Origin: Octopus sinensis
Taxonomy: Eukaryota
Reading direction: 5' to 3'
NCBI RefSeq assembly: GCF_006345805.1
Contig: NC_043000.1
Span: 164,548,001 to 164,612,000 of the forward strand
Length of the DNA stretch: 64,000 nt
A program made the translations under genes and the position numbers. How positions within the stretch are numbered: the stretch's first letter is position 1; each line of letters begins with the position of its first letter. The notes under the pieces were generated by a model. The model worked only from the letters and a program-made list of their open reading frames with translations, searched no databases and was not told the DNA's origin. Below are positions 49,440 to 62,810 of the stretch, piece after piece.

Positions 49440-50880
49440 GGCATATAATCATCCCTCAAATATCTATGCTCAAAATATCTGCTGAACTGGGATACATGAT
49501 TATCACTTGTATAGTTAATCAAGTCATGCAGGAAGGTGTCATACCCAATGACTGGCATAGCAGTATCACTGTAACTGCTACAAAGGCAAAGAAGATGCCT
49601 TAGAGAAAGGAAATCAAACTACTAGGTTAGGTTCTGAAAGACACCGAGAGACTTAAAGCAGAGTTCATCTGTGACAGAGTAGTCCTGGATGAGATGCAGT
49701 TTGGTTTCATGCCAAGAAGAGGTACTGTGAATGAAATCTTCCTAGTGGGGCAACTTTAGAAATACTTGGGTGAGGGTAAACCACTATTCCTAGCATTCAA
49801 TGGTTTGGAGAAGGTGTTTGACAGGATACCACATTCATTACTTTGGTGGTTACTAAAGAAACTAGGTATAGATGAATGGCTTCTGAGGGCTAGGCAAGCT
49901 ATGTACAAAGACACAGTAAGTAAAGTGAGAATCAGCAATGGTTTCAGTGAATAATTTAGCCTAGGGGTAGGAGTTCTCTCCTATTCATTGTTGTCTTACA
50001 GGACTACACACAGGATTTTTTTTTTAAGACCAGCTGTCTAAGGGAACTCCTATATACTAATCTTGTTCTCATTACTGAATCTTTAGAGAAATCAGAGAGG
50101 AAATTCCAGGCCTGGAAGCTAAACCTAGAATGAAGAAGTCTTAAGGTAAAGTTGGCAAATATGAAGCTTTTAGGGAGTAGGAAAGAAGGTAGGATAATGG
50201 TATCTTGAGGGAAATGGCTTTGTTTATGTAGAAAAGGAGTAAGTCTAAACTCCTTATGCTGTGTCCATTGTAAGCTATGGATACACAAATAGTGTAGTGG
50301 AATCACGGGCACACTTAGTTAGGCTTTGTATGTGCTGGATAGGTGTGCTGGTGCAGTGTATATCAGGAGCACACCAGAAGTAGATTCTCTTAAATGCCTA
50401 GATGGCTCTCTGGTAGTTTATAGATTTTGTAATAAACAGGGGAGGTGGTTGTTCTGAAAGTATAATAGCCTGAGTAACAATGGTTTGAAGAAGGTTCAGG
50501 GAGCTACTACTGCTGCTGGTAACAAGAGTAGGCAGTGTGTATGGTGCTTGTGATACTATGTAGAACAAAATGAAGTGAGCACATGCCATGAGAAACTCAA
50601 TGTAAAAGTGTGTATAAATGACATAGTACAAACGTGCTGAGAGAAAATCTGGGCTTAGGAGTATCAGATGTAGTGTGCAGGAAAGCAAACTGCACTGGTA
50701 TGGGCATATAATACATATGAATGAGGAGCTGTATAAAGAAGGGCCAATGGTTTAAGGTGGATGGAATGTGTAGAAGAGGGAAACCTAGGAAGATGTGGGC
50801 TGAAATGGTGAAGGCTGATCCCAGGACCTTCAACCTCACAGAGATGACAGTTCTTGAGAAGACTTGCTCAAGTCAGCAAA
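49440..50880 (+). mobile_element. Decayed RTE-clade LINE (RT and C-terminus)
   Basis: MQFGFMPRRGT, KPLFLAFNGLEKVFDRIPHSLLWWLLKKLGIDEW...MYKDTVSKVR, WYGHI, RGKPRKMW. Confidence 0.85.
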
Positions 50881-51165
50881 AGTAAATGGGTGTAGTAGCA
50901 GTTTGGCTCCAGGTCTACTGTGCTCCAGCAGACATTCTGGTTGTAATCATTTCAACTACTCTTAGATACAGTGTGTCTAGGACTACATCATCCAGTGTAT
51001 CCATTTCTTAAATGGTACAATGTAATTTAAGTGAAATTTGGTTGCTATTTCTAGCAGATTTAGTCACTACAAAGAAGGTACCTCGTTGGCCAGCATTTTT
51101 AAAAATTCTTTATGATTTGTAACAATGCAAACTAAATATATCTTTTGCAGTAGGTTTTAAATGTT

Positions 51166-51551
51166 TCTGGCACCTGTGTCGGTGGCACATAAAAACACCA
51201 TCCGAGCGTGGCCGTCTGCCAGCCTCGTCTGGCACCTGTGTCGGTGGCACATAAAAACACCATCCAAGCGTGGCCGTCTGCCAGCCACATCTGGCACCTG
51301 TGTCGGTGGCACATAAAAACACCATCCGAGCGTGGCCGTTCGCCAGCCTCGTCTGGCACCTGTGTCGGTGGCACATAAAATCACCCACTACACTCTCGGA
51401 GTGGTTGGCGTTAGGAAGGGCATCCAGCTGTAGAAACACTGCCAGATCTGACTGGCCTGGTGCAGCCTTCGGGCTCCCCAGACCCCAGTTGAACCGTCCA
51501 ACCCATGCTAGCATGGAAAGCGGACGTTAAACGATGATGATGATGATGATG
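51166..51551 (+). mobile_element. SINE family C with 62-bp internal tandem units (about 3.5 copies)
   Basis: TCTGGCACC recurs at 51166, 51228, 51290, 51352; ends in (GAT)n. Confidence 0.88.
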
Positions 51552-51692
51552 AACACTGAGTGTAAAAACAAAAAGTGTTTTTGTTTGGAATATAGCTGCA
51601 TTAGCAGTGATTTGGTACAAATTGCTTAATCTTTGGTCCTGGCAAACAAATATTCAACCAGCTGCATCTTCTTTCATTGTCTCTCTCACTCA

Positions 51693-51741
<49 letters not shown>

Positions 51742-53235
51742 GTCCAACCCATGCTAGCATGGAAAGCGGACGCTAAATGATGATGATGATGTGTGTGTGT
51801 GTGTTTGTATTCATAGACACAAAATATCTAGATATACACAGATATATACATAAATACATGCAGATGCATAGACGCACAGATGTACATACATGCAATCCAC
51901 TTCTCACTATATATATATTTATATACACATATGTATAGGCTCTTATATTTTGATATATATTGTACACTTTGTTTCTCCCTATTTTACCCTTTCCTTATTT
52001 ACTGTTTATCCTGCTGTGTATCACCTTTTTCTTCTGTTGGGTATCAATTCCTCTCACCTAAGCAACTTCTATTAACATTTATCCCTCTTCTTATCACTGT
52101 CCTCTTATTCATATTTACTATTAGGCCATTCTTCCCTCACACCACCCCTTCACTACACTTACCCCTATTTTTTCAAACAGTCTCTCTCTCTCTCTCCTCA
52201 TGCTCTTACAACCTTTATTCACACACCCTTTCTCATTTGTGCCCATGCTCTTTTATCTTGAGGGCATTTTCTGACACTTTGTTCTCACCATCTTTACCTC
52301 TCTGTCTGGCCCTATCCCATTTACTCTCATCAACTTACATATAATGTTGGGCATTTGAGATGCTATGAAGTTTCCATTGCCTAGGAAATGTTTAGAGTAT
52401 TTTTCTTTATTATATAAATATAGCAGGTATAGTAAATGAGAAATAGAGATATAGTTATAACAAATACTACTTCATTAGCTGCTAAATACAGCATGCAATT
52501 TGGGAGAGGAAAATGTTTTAAAATAAAAGTAGCATTTTCAAAATACAAAATTTAAATCTTATGCTGTGAATGTTCAATAACAAATACATGTTTGTTAGGT
52601 GGTAATTGTACTGAAAGCAAATAGGCAAAAACAAAAGAAAGGATTTTTAAGTTTAAAAAAACAAAAACATTTTCAGATGCAAGAAAAGCAATTTACATTA
52701 AAAAATATTCAGAAAGCTATCTCAAGTTTTCTTACATGAATGTTTGATCTGTAAATGAAATTTCTTCAAGAGAATTTTTAAAGAATTTCCTAATATTGCA
52801 TTTCTTTTTCTTTTGTGGATCTCTGTTTTATACGTTCAACATATTTAAAAGCCATATATGCTTACATTCTGTTGATAAGAAAGAATTGAGAGATTTAGAC
52901 CATTCTGGATATGACCTGGGTCTCCATTAGTTAAAACTTTGAGTGTTCCAGTTGATTTAATCAACAGAACAGCCTGCTTGTGAAATTAATGTAGAAATAG
53001 CTGAGCACTCCATGGACATACACACCCTTAATGTAGTTCTCAGGGAGATTTGGTATGACACACTGAATGGGACAAGGCTGGCCCTTTGAATTACAAGTTA
53101 CAACTCCTTTTTGCCAGCTGAGTGAATGGAGCAATGAGAAATAAAGTGTTTTGCTCAAGGACACGTACTCTGGATATACTGGCTCTATATTGGATATATC
53201 CAGAATATGATCTGAAGATGAGTCTTCCCTGCTCC

Positions 53236-53282
53236 ATTGTATTATATGTGCATATCATCATTTAACATCTCTCTTCCATGCA

Positions 53283-53328
<46 letters not shown>

Positions 53329-53400
53329 ATCAGATATTATATACATATATGTATACATGGAAGAGGGATGTTAAACGATAACGATGACACATTATACAAT
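53236..53400. repeat. Imperfect about 48-bp inverted repeat around a (TA)n tract
   Basis: ATTGTAT...TTTAACATCTCTCTTCCATG versus CATGGAAGAGGGATGTTAAA...ATACAAT. Confidence 0.8.
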
Positions 53401-53489
53401 ACAATCATGTATATGCATAAACATTAATGATATAATCCAGAGTAAGTTACGAAACAGCTGTAACCACTATACCAATTTTTATTTTTCTG

Positions 53490-54010
53490 CTAAGGCCTAA
53501 AATTTTGGGGAAGGGGACTAGTCGATTACATCAATCCCAGTGCTCAGTTGGTACTTATTTTATTGACCCAGAAAGGATGAAAAGGCAAAGCCAACCTTAT
53601 TTCTTTACTACCCACAAGGGGCTACACACAGAGAGGACAAACAAGGACAGACAAACGGATTAAGTCGATTATATCAACCCCAGTGTGTAACTGGTACTTA
53701 TTTAATCGACTCCGAAAGGATGAAAGGCAAAGTCGACCTCAGCAGAATTTGAACTCAGAACATAATGGCAGACGAATTACCGCTAAGCATTTCACCTGGC
53801 ATGCTAACGTTTCTGCTAGCTCGCCGCCTATAAAGACAGATGAAATACCGCTAAGTATTGTGCCCGGCGTGCTAATGTTTCTGCCAGCTCGCCACTTTAA
53901 GGCAAAGCCAACCTTGGCAGAATTTGAACTCAGGAGATAATGAGTCAGAAGAAATGCTATTAAGTATTTTATCTTGTGCTGGCAATTCAGCCAACTTACT
54001 GCACTTACCA
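53490..54010 (-). mobile_element. Nested cluster of SINE family A copies
   Basis: A young copy (about 53598-53830) and an extra head fragment interrupt an older copy; AAGGCAAAGCCAACCTT is duplicated at about 53582 and 53899. Confidence 0.8.
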
Positions 54011-54198
54011 CTACAGAAACTTCTTTGCCCCCACCCTCACATGACTTTTTTTTTCTTTGCTTAAATACACACACACGTGTGTATATATATGCACACATGC
54101 ACATATATGTAGGCATGCCTTTACAACCACATGGTTCTGGATTTGATCCTGCAGTACAACCCCTTGAGCAAAACTCTTATACTTGGCCATTATATGTA

Positions 54199-54233
<35 letters not shown>

Positions 54234-54246
54234 ATGTATGTATGTA

Positions 54247-55486
54247 TTGGGTTGTCCGGAAAGTTTGTGCTGAGTTTTAAAGGAAAGAAAAAAATACCAT
54301 TACATTTTTAATCAACCAAATATGAACCATTTTGTTGCACACTGTGTCTCCATCTTTTCTTTAACTTGAAAATACCCTCTTCCCAGAATTGAGGTGATTT
54401 CATGGCAAAGAATTCATTAAGGTATCTTTTTACGTCATCCAAGGAATTGAAATTTTTACCATTAAGACTATTCTGCAGAGACCTGAATAAGTGGAAATCC
54501 GAAGGAGCAATATCTGGTGAATATGGAGGGTGGGGTAACATGTCTCAGCCAAGCCGCAGCAATTTTTGTCTGGTTCCCAAAGAAACGTGCGGTCTTGCAT
54601 TATCATGTTGGAAAACAACACCCTTCCTGTTGGATGTTTCTCTTGAATTGCTGCTTTTAACTTGTCCAGTTGTGTGCAGTATTTCTCAATTAATTGTCTG
54701 GTTACTTGGGAGAATTCCTTTCCATTCCCACCAGACACAAAGCAAGACTTTTTTAGGGTGAAGACCCGCTTTTGGGGTGGCTAAGGATGTCTCATATCGT
54801 TTACTCCAGGATCGCTTTCTCTGAACTTTTTGGTAGATAATCCATTTCTCATCACGTGTTACAATTTGCTTTAAAAAAGGCCCGTTTTCATTCCGTTTGT
54901 AAAGCAGATCACAGATGGAAGTGCGATCCTAAAGGTTCTTCTCACTCAACTCATGTGGTACCCAAACATCGTAGCGATTTGTGTACCCAAGCTTTACCAG
55001 GTGCTCATGAACGACAGATTTTGATAGGTTGAGGCTTTCTACAATTCTCGGGTTGTGCAATGTGGGTTATTCTCAATTAATGACTTGATTTAGTCATCAT
55101 CTGTAGTGGATGGTCTGCCTAATTGCTCTTTATCAATAAGGCTATAATCTCCAGCTGAGAACCTTGCGAACCACTTCCGTACAGTTCTTTCGGATAAAGA
55201 AACATCACCGTAAACTGTGCATATTTCTTTGGTTGCTTGTGAGGCATTTTCCCTTTACAGAAAATGAAAAGCACCAAGTGCCGAAAATGAACTTTCTTAT
55301 CTCCCATTTTAAAGGGTTACAGAATTAACACGGATTATAGGAACGTAAAACTTCTTCCATGAAAAGACAGCTTAAACTGTGCTCTAAATGGAGGTGTAGT
55401 CAAATCCTATTTTATAGACTCAACCATGTTCTAAAATAAGTTGAAAGGTAAGAATGAAATTGGTACGAATTTTCTGGACAGCCCAA
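54247..55486 (-). mobile_element. Near full-length mariner transposon with pseudogenised transposase, inserted in a (TATG)n tract
   Basis: TIRs TTGGGTTGTCCGGAAAGTT / AATTTTCTGGACAGCCCAA with TA duplication; MGDKKVHFRH N-terminus, WVPHEL, PHPPYSPDIAPSDFHLFRSLQNSL, GIFKLKKRW. Confidence 0.92.
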
Positions 55487-56466
55487 TATATATGTATATA
55501 TGTATGTATATATATGTATATGTATCTATATGTATGTATATATATGTATCTATATGTATGTATATATATGTATGTATATGTGTAAGTATGTATATGTGTG
55601 TGTATGTATGTATATGTATGTAGGTGTATGTATGTGTATGTATATATGTATGTATGTATGTATGTATGTACACATATGTATGTCATATATTATCTATGCT
55701 TGCATATATGTTTCTGTTTGGTTTGGTATCATTGTGTTGTGTTGTGTCCCTTTATTCCTGGCTTGATAAAATAAGTACCAGTTGAAATATGCACTGGAGT
55801 TGAGTGATATCTTTAATTAGATTCTTGACCAATGTACCTTAGCATGGTTGCAGTCACTGACTGAAACCAGTAGGAGAATATAATGTGTGTGTGTGTGTGA
55901 AAGGGAGGAGGGATGCATGTTGGGCAGAGAACTGTATCCACCACAACCATTTGCCTTTTGTTCTAAGTGAGTCACCCACAGTGTGTGCTGGGATATCAGG
56001 TGTGAGCCAGCAGCAGGGACACTGATCTTCTAGTGACTCATGTTACTAATTTCTCACCTTTATCTCCTCAGACCAACACATATTACTCTCTATTACTAAT
56101 AGTTCTCTCCCTTTCTGTACTTTCATACTCTTTCTTTCTCTCTTATCACTGTGCCTCATTCTTTTTCTCATTCTCTCTCATTGCTTTTTGTTTCACTCTA
56201 CATGTCTATCTCTCCACTAACTTTTTCTCTTCACTTTTTCATTCACTCTCTCCTTTATTTATGAACATAATGCATTCAGACACACACACACACACACACT
56301 CATATATCTGTGTGTATGTATGTATGTATATATATATATATGTAATGTATATATATGGGTCTATGTGTATATATGTATATATATGTGTATGTGTATATAA
56401 GAATTTTTTGTGTAATGAGATAAAAAACCAAGGCTGTGTAGATATTCGAGCATTTATAGATAGAAG

Positions 56467-56518
56467 CTCTTACAGCTGTCTCCAGGATATTTATTCATTA
56501 TATCCCTTCATCGGAGAT
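56467..56518 (-). ncRNA. Degenerate minimal hammerhead motif with palindromic stem III
   Basis: Minus strand: UCU-CCGAUGA-AGGGAUAU-loop-AUAUCCUG-GAGA-CAGCUG-UA-AGA; two core substitutions (U4C, A14G). Confidence 0.55.
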
Positions 56519-56911
56519 TACTCCAATACAGAGAAATGGTACACAAATATATATGCAAATAACAGGACATAACAACAGGTGCCTTTCGACTAAAGATGAA
56601 TTAAAGGCCTTACCGCAGGGACATAAGAGATGACAGGCATGAGGAAGAATATAAATGTTGAAGCAAGAAAGAAAGGTCAGGCTTGGCTAAACACTGGTCA
56701 CATGGGGAGAGAAAAGAGAGGTAGAGGCAGAGGGACAGAAGAATTAGGCAGGGACAAGAAAAAAAAGAGAGAGAGAGTGAAGGGAAAGATGAGGGGAAGG
56801 TGAGAATGAAGAGAAAGCCAGGAAATTTGAGAGAGGGGGAACGAAAGAACGAAGTGTGAATGTTAATGATATCTACACCACCTGTCTTCGTCTTTTGTTT
56901 ATTTGTGTATG

Positions 56912-56950
<39 letters not shown>

Positions 56951-56956
56951 ATCAAC

Positions 56957-57335
56957 ATCAATGGAAATTGCAGCTGTGGTTAAGCGAACCATCCGATCGT
57001 GGCCGTTGCCAGCGCCGCCCTGACTGGCCTCCGTGCCGGTGGCACGTAAAAGCACCATCCGTTCGTGTCCGTTGCCAGCATCGCCTGGCCCCCGTGCCGG
57101 TGGAACGTAGCACCATCCGTTCGTGGCTGTTGCCAGCCTCGCCTGGCCCCCGTGCCGGTGGCACGTAAAAAGCACCCACTACACTCACGGAGTGGTTGGC
57201 GTTAGGAAGGGCATCCAGCCGTAGAAACACTGCCAGATCAGACTGGGCCTGATGCAGCCTTCTGGCTCCACAGATCCCAGTTGAACCGTCCAACCCATGC
57301 TAGCATGGAAAGCGGATGCTAAATGATGATGATGA

Positions 57336-57338
<3 letters not shown>
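56957..57338 (+). mobile_element. SINE family C, CpG-rich subfamily with three internal units
   Basis: CCGTGCCGGTGGCACGTAAAAGCACC-type units, standard tail and (GAT)n. Confidence 0.85.
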
Positions 57339-57375
<37 letters not shown>

Positions 57376-59306
57376 GTGCTTGTTGAACACTCAACTACGC
57401 GTGTTTGTGTGTGTGTATTGTATATATTGCATTTTAAGCCCTGTTTGTGTGTGTATGTTAAATACTGTATTTCAGCATGTATATGTAAATATTATATATT
57501 GTGTTTATAAATTGTATATATTATATGTCAATCTTATTTTTAAATTTACTCAGTTTTTATCCCAATTTTAATTTGTATCTATTTCTCTTATATTAATTGT
57601 TTTTAACTTTTTTTTATATGAATTGATGAGGGGTGGATAGAATTCCCCTCTTTACCCAAGCCATGGCGAAGGCAATCTATCTTGGAGAAAGTAACTCTGA
57701 ATTTAAATACTTCACTGCTGTCTTGTAGTTAGCCTTTAGTTGGGCAAAGACTGGGAGAAAGACACTCGGATATAAAACCTGTGACTGCAAATGCACCCAA
57801 TGATGTCAACTTGGTCTTCTTTTTGGATCATGCTTTGTAGTTTAGAGAGTGGGAATGGTTGCTGTATAAAACTTTTCCTCACTTTAAAAAGCGTCAAGCA
57901 CAGTTTTGCTGGAGAGGGAAAAGAAATGGACATCTTGTATGTACATGGCTGGCCGAAGCTTAAAAAGGCACATCCAAACAATGAAAGTTCATATTGATAA
58001 TGAAGTAAATGGCAAAAAGGGCTTGGGAACATTTTGTTCTGTCGTCTGTCCGAGGGCACCACAGCAAGTTAAGATGCAAGCCTATGAATATAGGATGTTG
58101 GAATGTTCAAACGTTATTAGACAATGATTGTCCGAAATCTTGTCCAGAGAGAAAATCTGTACTTGTTGCAAAAGAGTTACAGTGATATGTGAGTGAATTT
58201 GGTAGACAGAAACTGAAAGAAGCTTGTCGTATGTACATGTTTTTGTATCTGTGTTTGTCTCCACTCCCAGCCATTTGACAACCAGTGTTGGTGTGTTTAC
58301 ATCCCTGTAACTTAATAGTTCGACAAAAGTGACTGATAGAATAAGTACCAGGCTTTAAAACAAGGTAGTACCCCAGCATGGCTGCAGTTTAATGACTGAA
58401 GCAATTAAAAGATAAAAGGATATATATAAACCATCATCATTGTGATTAATACCGTTGTATGTCAAAATATGATATAATCTTGAATCCAAGAGAGCTGTGG
58501 TCTGTGTTGGCAAAAATTATTTCATTGTAAAAGAGCAAAGACCCCCCTTTGATCATGAATGCCTATGGGATTGCACCTAGAAAGTTCCCCTCCAAGGTAC
58601 AAGGCTGAATAAGGTTTTATGTAAGTCTAACAGTCGCCCATGTATATCAGCCTCCCCTCTCTATGCCATCGATGTTATCCAAGAGAAAGGCAAAAGCTGA
58701 TACAGCTTGGCACTAGTGACACCACAACTCATTTCTACAGCTGAGTGGACTGGAGCAATGCGAAATAAAGTGTCTTGCTCAAGAACACAACATCAAGCTC
58801 ACTACCTCATGATTGTGATCCCAATGCTCTAACCACTCAGCCATAGGAGAGTTATAAATAGAGTTCAAGTTGCTTAGTTATACCCTCCATATGAAGGAGA
58901 ATATACAGAAATGTTGTCACTCTGGTCACAAGATGGCAAGAATGAGAAATTGAATGAAATGTAACTGTATGCCACCCTCCACATCACGGAGAGTTAGTGC
59001 TTGAAATGTTAGCTTCTTGCACTTCTCACAACAAATTAACTTATGGAACTCAAACATATTCTATTCAAATAGTTTCCCTGACTCTGTTCCCTCCCCTTCT
59101 CCTCCAGACCAGTAGGCTCCTCCCTTTATTATCCCTCTCTACCACAATGTCCCCCCCCACTCACTTTCTCTTCATAAAAAACAACTGAGGGTGGGTGTGG
59201 ATAACCGAACCCATAAACTCCCTATTCTTTTCTCTCATCTAGTACCACAGACATTTTGCGTTTGACAACATTTTTAGGTAAACAGGAAATAAGTTTCTCA
59301 TCAGAG

Positions 59307-59349
<43 letters not shown>

Positions 59350-62300
59350 CACGCTGTATGTCTAACTTGTGTGTTTGTGTATGTATTTTGCACTGTATGT
59401 GTATGCATGATTGACTGTGTGTGGGTGACTGTCTGAGTATGTTTGATGTCTGACTGTGTGTGTGTATTTGTCTGACTGGATGGCTGCCTAGGTTCCTTTA
59501 TGTGTAACTGTCACAGTCTATGTGTATGTTTACATATCTGTTATTGTGTGTGTGACAATAACTGTAACTGGCTGTGTATAAAGTGTATCTGTGATTATGC
59601 TTGCATATGTGTCTGTGATTCAATATGGCTGTAACTGTATACACTCCTTTCTTCAGTATTTTAATTGAATTTTAAAACCATCTAGTCTACATACTGGGCA
59701 TGTGTGTGTGTGTGTGGACATTGTGGGTGGATGATTCCAGAAGAATGTGAAGAATGTTTTCTTTACTGCTTCTTTGTATAATTCCCTTGCCATCTATAAG
59801 TATACCCCTGGGAGGTATTACTGCTTTTTAAAAAGGATTTCTTGTGGCCAAAAATATACTCTTGATGGTATATGTCTTTGTGTATATGTGTGTATGTTTA
59901 TCTGTGTGTACATATTGTTGTGAATATGCATACATATCTTTGTGTGTGTATATCTTTATATATATATATGTGTGTGTGTACATATCTTTGTATGTTGTTT
60001 ACTGTGTATATATCTTATTTTTAAGTGTGTGATTATAAAATTTAATTAGTATTAATGTAATATAAATATGTGTGTTGTGTGTGTGTGAGTATTTTGTATG
60101 TACCCAGTTTTTAAATTGGGTCCATACAAAACACTCGCGCACCTTTCTTAAATATGAACCAACAAAGAAGATGATAATTTCTTACACAAGGTCAGAAATT
60201 TTGTGGGTTGGTATAATCAATTACATTGATTCCAGTATGTATCTGGTACTTATTTTACTGACCCATGACAGATGAAAGGTAAATATGATCTAAGCAGGAT
60301 TTGAAACTCAGAATGTTCCTGTTCTCTTTCATTACTCTCTCGTCCATCTGTCAGGAATGAGACGACATTCTGGTGATTGAATGAGATAATGATTGGAGAT
60401 GATGTAGCACAGATAAGGCAACCTGTCCAGTGCTGGAGCCACAATAAATGCTCCCAGCACTCTCCTGCAAAGTGGTTGGTAAATGAATGGAGACAAAACA
60501 GTGTAGAAGAGAATGCTTAAGACATGACAACCTCTCTCTTGCCAGTGCTATGATAGAATGCACTCACTACACTCTCTATAGTGGTTGGTGATAATAAGTA
60601 AGGCATTCAACTATAGAAAACATGCTACAAATTGAAAATACAAGTGTATGATCTCTGATCCATCTAGGGGAAGTAGTATTTTTAAATAAGTACAAACTTG
60701 ACCAGAGTGGAAATGATGATGGGGTTTAACTTAATACTGCAAGGGATTTTTACTCTCATTCCACTGAATCTTCTGACCCTGGTCAACTTTCCAAGCACAA
60801 GCTGATCACACTCAGCCAATTTAATAAAGTATTCGAGTGGAGTTCTTAGCTATGGCTGTCCTCTCACTGTTGTTGGTTGCTTGACTCATAATTTAGGATT
60901 CAGGACCTAAAAAAGTGAGCTTTTCCCCCTCCTATTTGAAAAGGTTTTGCACTGTCGGAAGTTAGTTGAAAACTGGTTGTTATAGTCAGTAGGTTGAGTG
61001 AATGGCTATGTGGAAGCTGTGTTGCTAGCTTGGTAAAGTGATTAATGATGATGACTAGATGGTGATGATGAATTCCTCAAGGCTGTTATTACAGTCTAAT
61101 GTCATGTAAATTATTTTATTACTATTGTTAGATTTTTTTTCTTTCATCTTTCTATCTTACAGCTGTAGGCAAATTTGCATTAATGTCATTCTCCCACCCC
61201 ACTTTACCATTCCATTCCACTATTTGTCTTTAATGAATCCATTAAGCTTCTGTTTAGTAACTTTGTCATGTCCTCTAAACACTCTATGAGCTGAACTGGT
61301 GTGATTTCAAATAAGATTGGATTTCCATTGATTGTTTTATTGTTTCCTATGCTTTTTTTTTCTGTTGGTTTCAACATTACTTTATATTTTTTTTCTTTTG
61401 TCCTGTTGTATTTTATTCAATTTTCTATTTTCGTCAAAGGAATGTTTTTAAAATCATCCACAATCCATATTGCTTTTGTTCTATGTTGGCTAAAATAACT
61501 TCTCGAAATTATCATAAGCATTGTCATCAGTGTCAGCATCCTATTCGTCTTTGTTTTGAAATGTTTGTATAGATAAGGAATAGATTAGTGATTAGTGTCA
61601 GACCAAGTAGAAGTTGATATATTACTGGTTTAGAGTTTAAAAAGCCCAGATGCAAGCTGATAGACAGACAGTGACTTGAATCAGTGACTAAATTGTCTAC
61701 TATCCCAGAACCTCTTCATTGTTCTTGTTTGCTTCCCGCATTAAGTACTGTTCAGATACATACCTAAAAGTTGTTTGGATAAGTTTCTTTTAAGTGTTAC
61801 ACTTTGATTTTGTGTTGGTCTAGTCTCAGAATTTGGAATATTGTCACTGACATTTTTGTGGATGTGTTTCTCATACATTGCTTTACTGTGTGAGTTGTTA
61901 GGTGTTTCTGAAAATAATAAAACTGTATTTAGAAAATTTGAAAAAAAAAAAGAAGCAAATTCTAAATGTAAAGTGCTGATAACTGTGCATCATTTATTGA
62001 ATAAGTACTTAATACATTTAGGGATTTGTTTTGCAAGATTCCTGATGTGAAATCATGTGTTGAAACAGATATTGTTATATTTTGGGATGGTCATTTTTTT
62101 TTCTTGCTTTACCAAATAAACACACATGCACACACTATAGCATGTGTCTTTATTGGCAAAAATAAAATGAAAACAACCATCCTTAAATAAGTACTTAATA
62201 ATTTTCTGTATAGGCTAAAGTATCTTTTGATACATTTTTTTTTTGTGTGGACTCTTGCATAAAATGCACTTATGTATTGATTTGTTGTAAAGTGTGCCAC

Positions 62301-62810
62301 AAATAATAAAAAAAACAACTTTGGAACCCCCCCCCCCCAAAAAAAAGGGTTGGGGGGATCAGCATACCCATCTTCAGACCAAAGATCTAATCCAAATGTT
62401 TGCAAGAGAGAGGAATTCTGCTAAAGACACCAGGGGCCCGGTGATGATGCTAAACAACTGTGACTTCTCCCTACTATCTTAAATGAGGAAAGGGTACATT
62501 GGATATTGTTGTCCTTAGTATATTCCTAAAAAGATTGGATCCTCTCAGTTGTAATTCCTTTCAATCATTGGTCTGCTCAATCAAGATGGACTTGTGACTA
62601 ACTACGACTGCTGCTGCTGCTGCTGCTGCACATACATGCAACATTCACTCATCGATGTTAGTATGGTCATCTTTTTGAGGTTTGGATAAACCATGAAGTG
62701 GCAGAGAATATTGCAAACTGGACAGAATGACATAAGCAAGAGTAATATGCCTTCTCTAGGCACACATTCACAATGGTAGTAACAAGTTCAAGTCATGACA
62801 ATGTGCATCA

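Noticed and set aside
57030-57050. Compensatory change CGTG/CACG versus TGTG/CACA in the SINE C hairpin
   Set aside because: Both changes are explained by CpG deamination, so they are not evidence of selection on structure.
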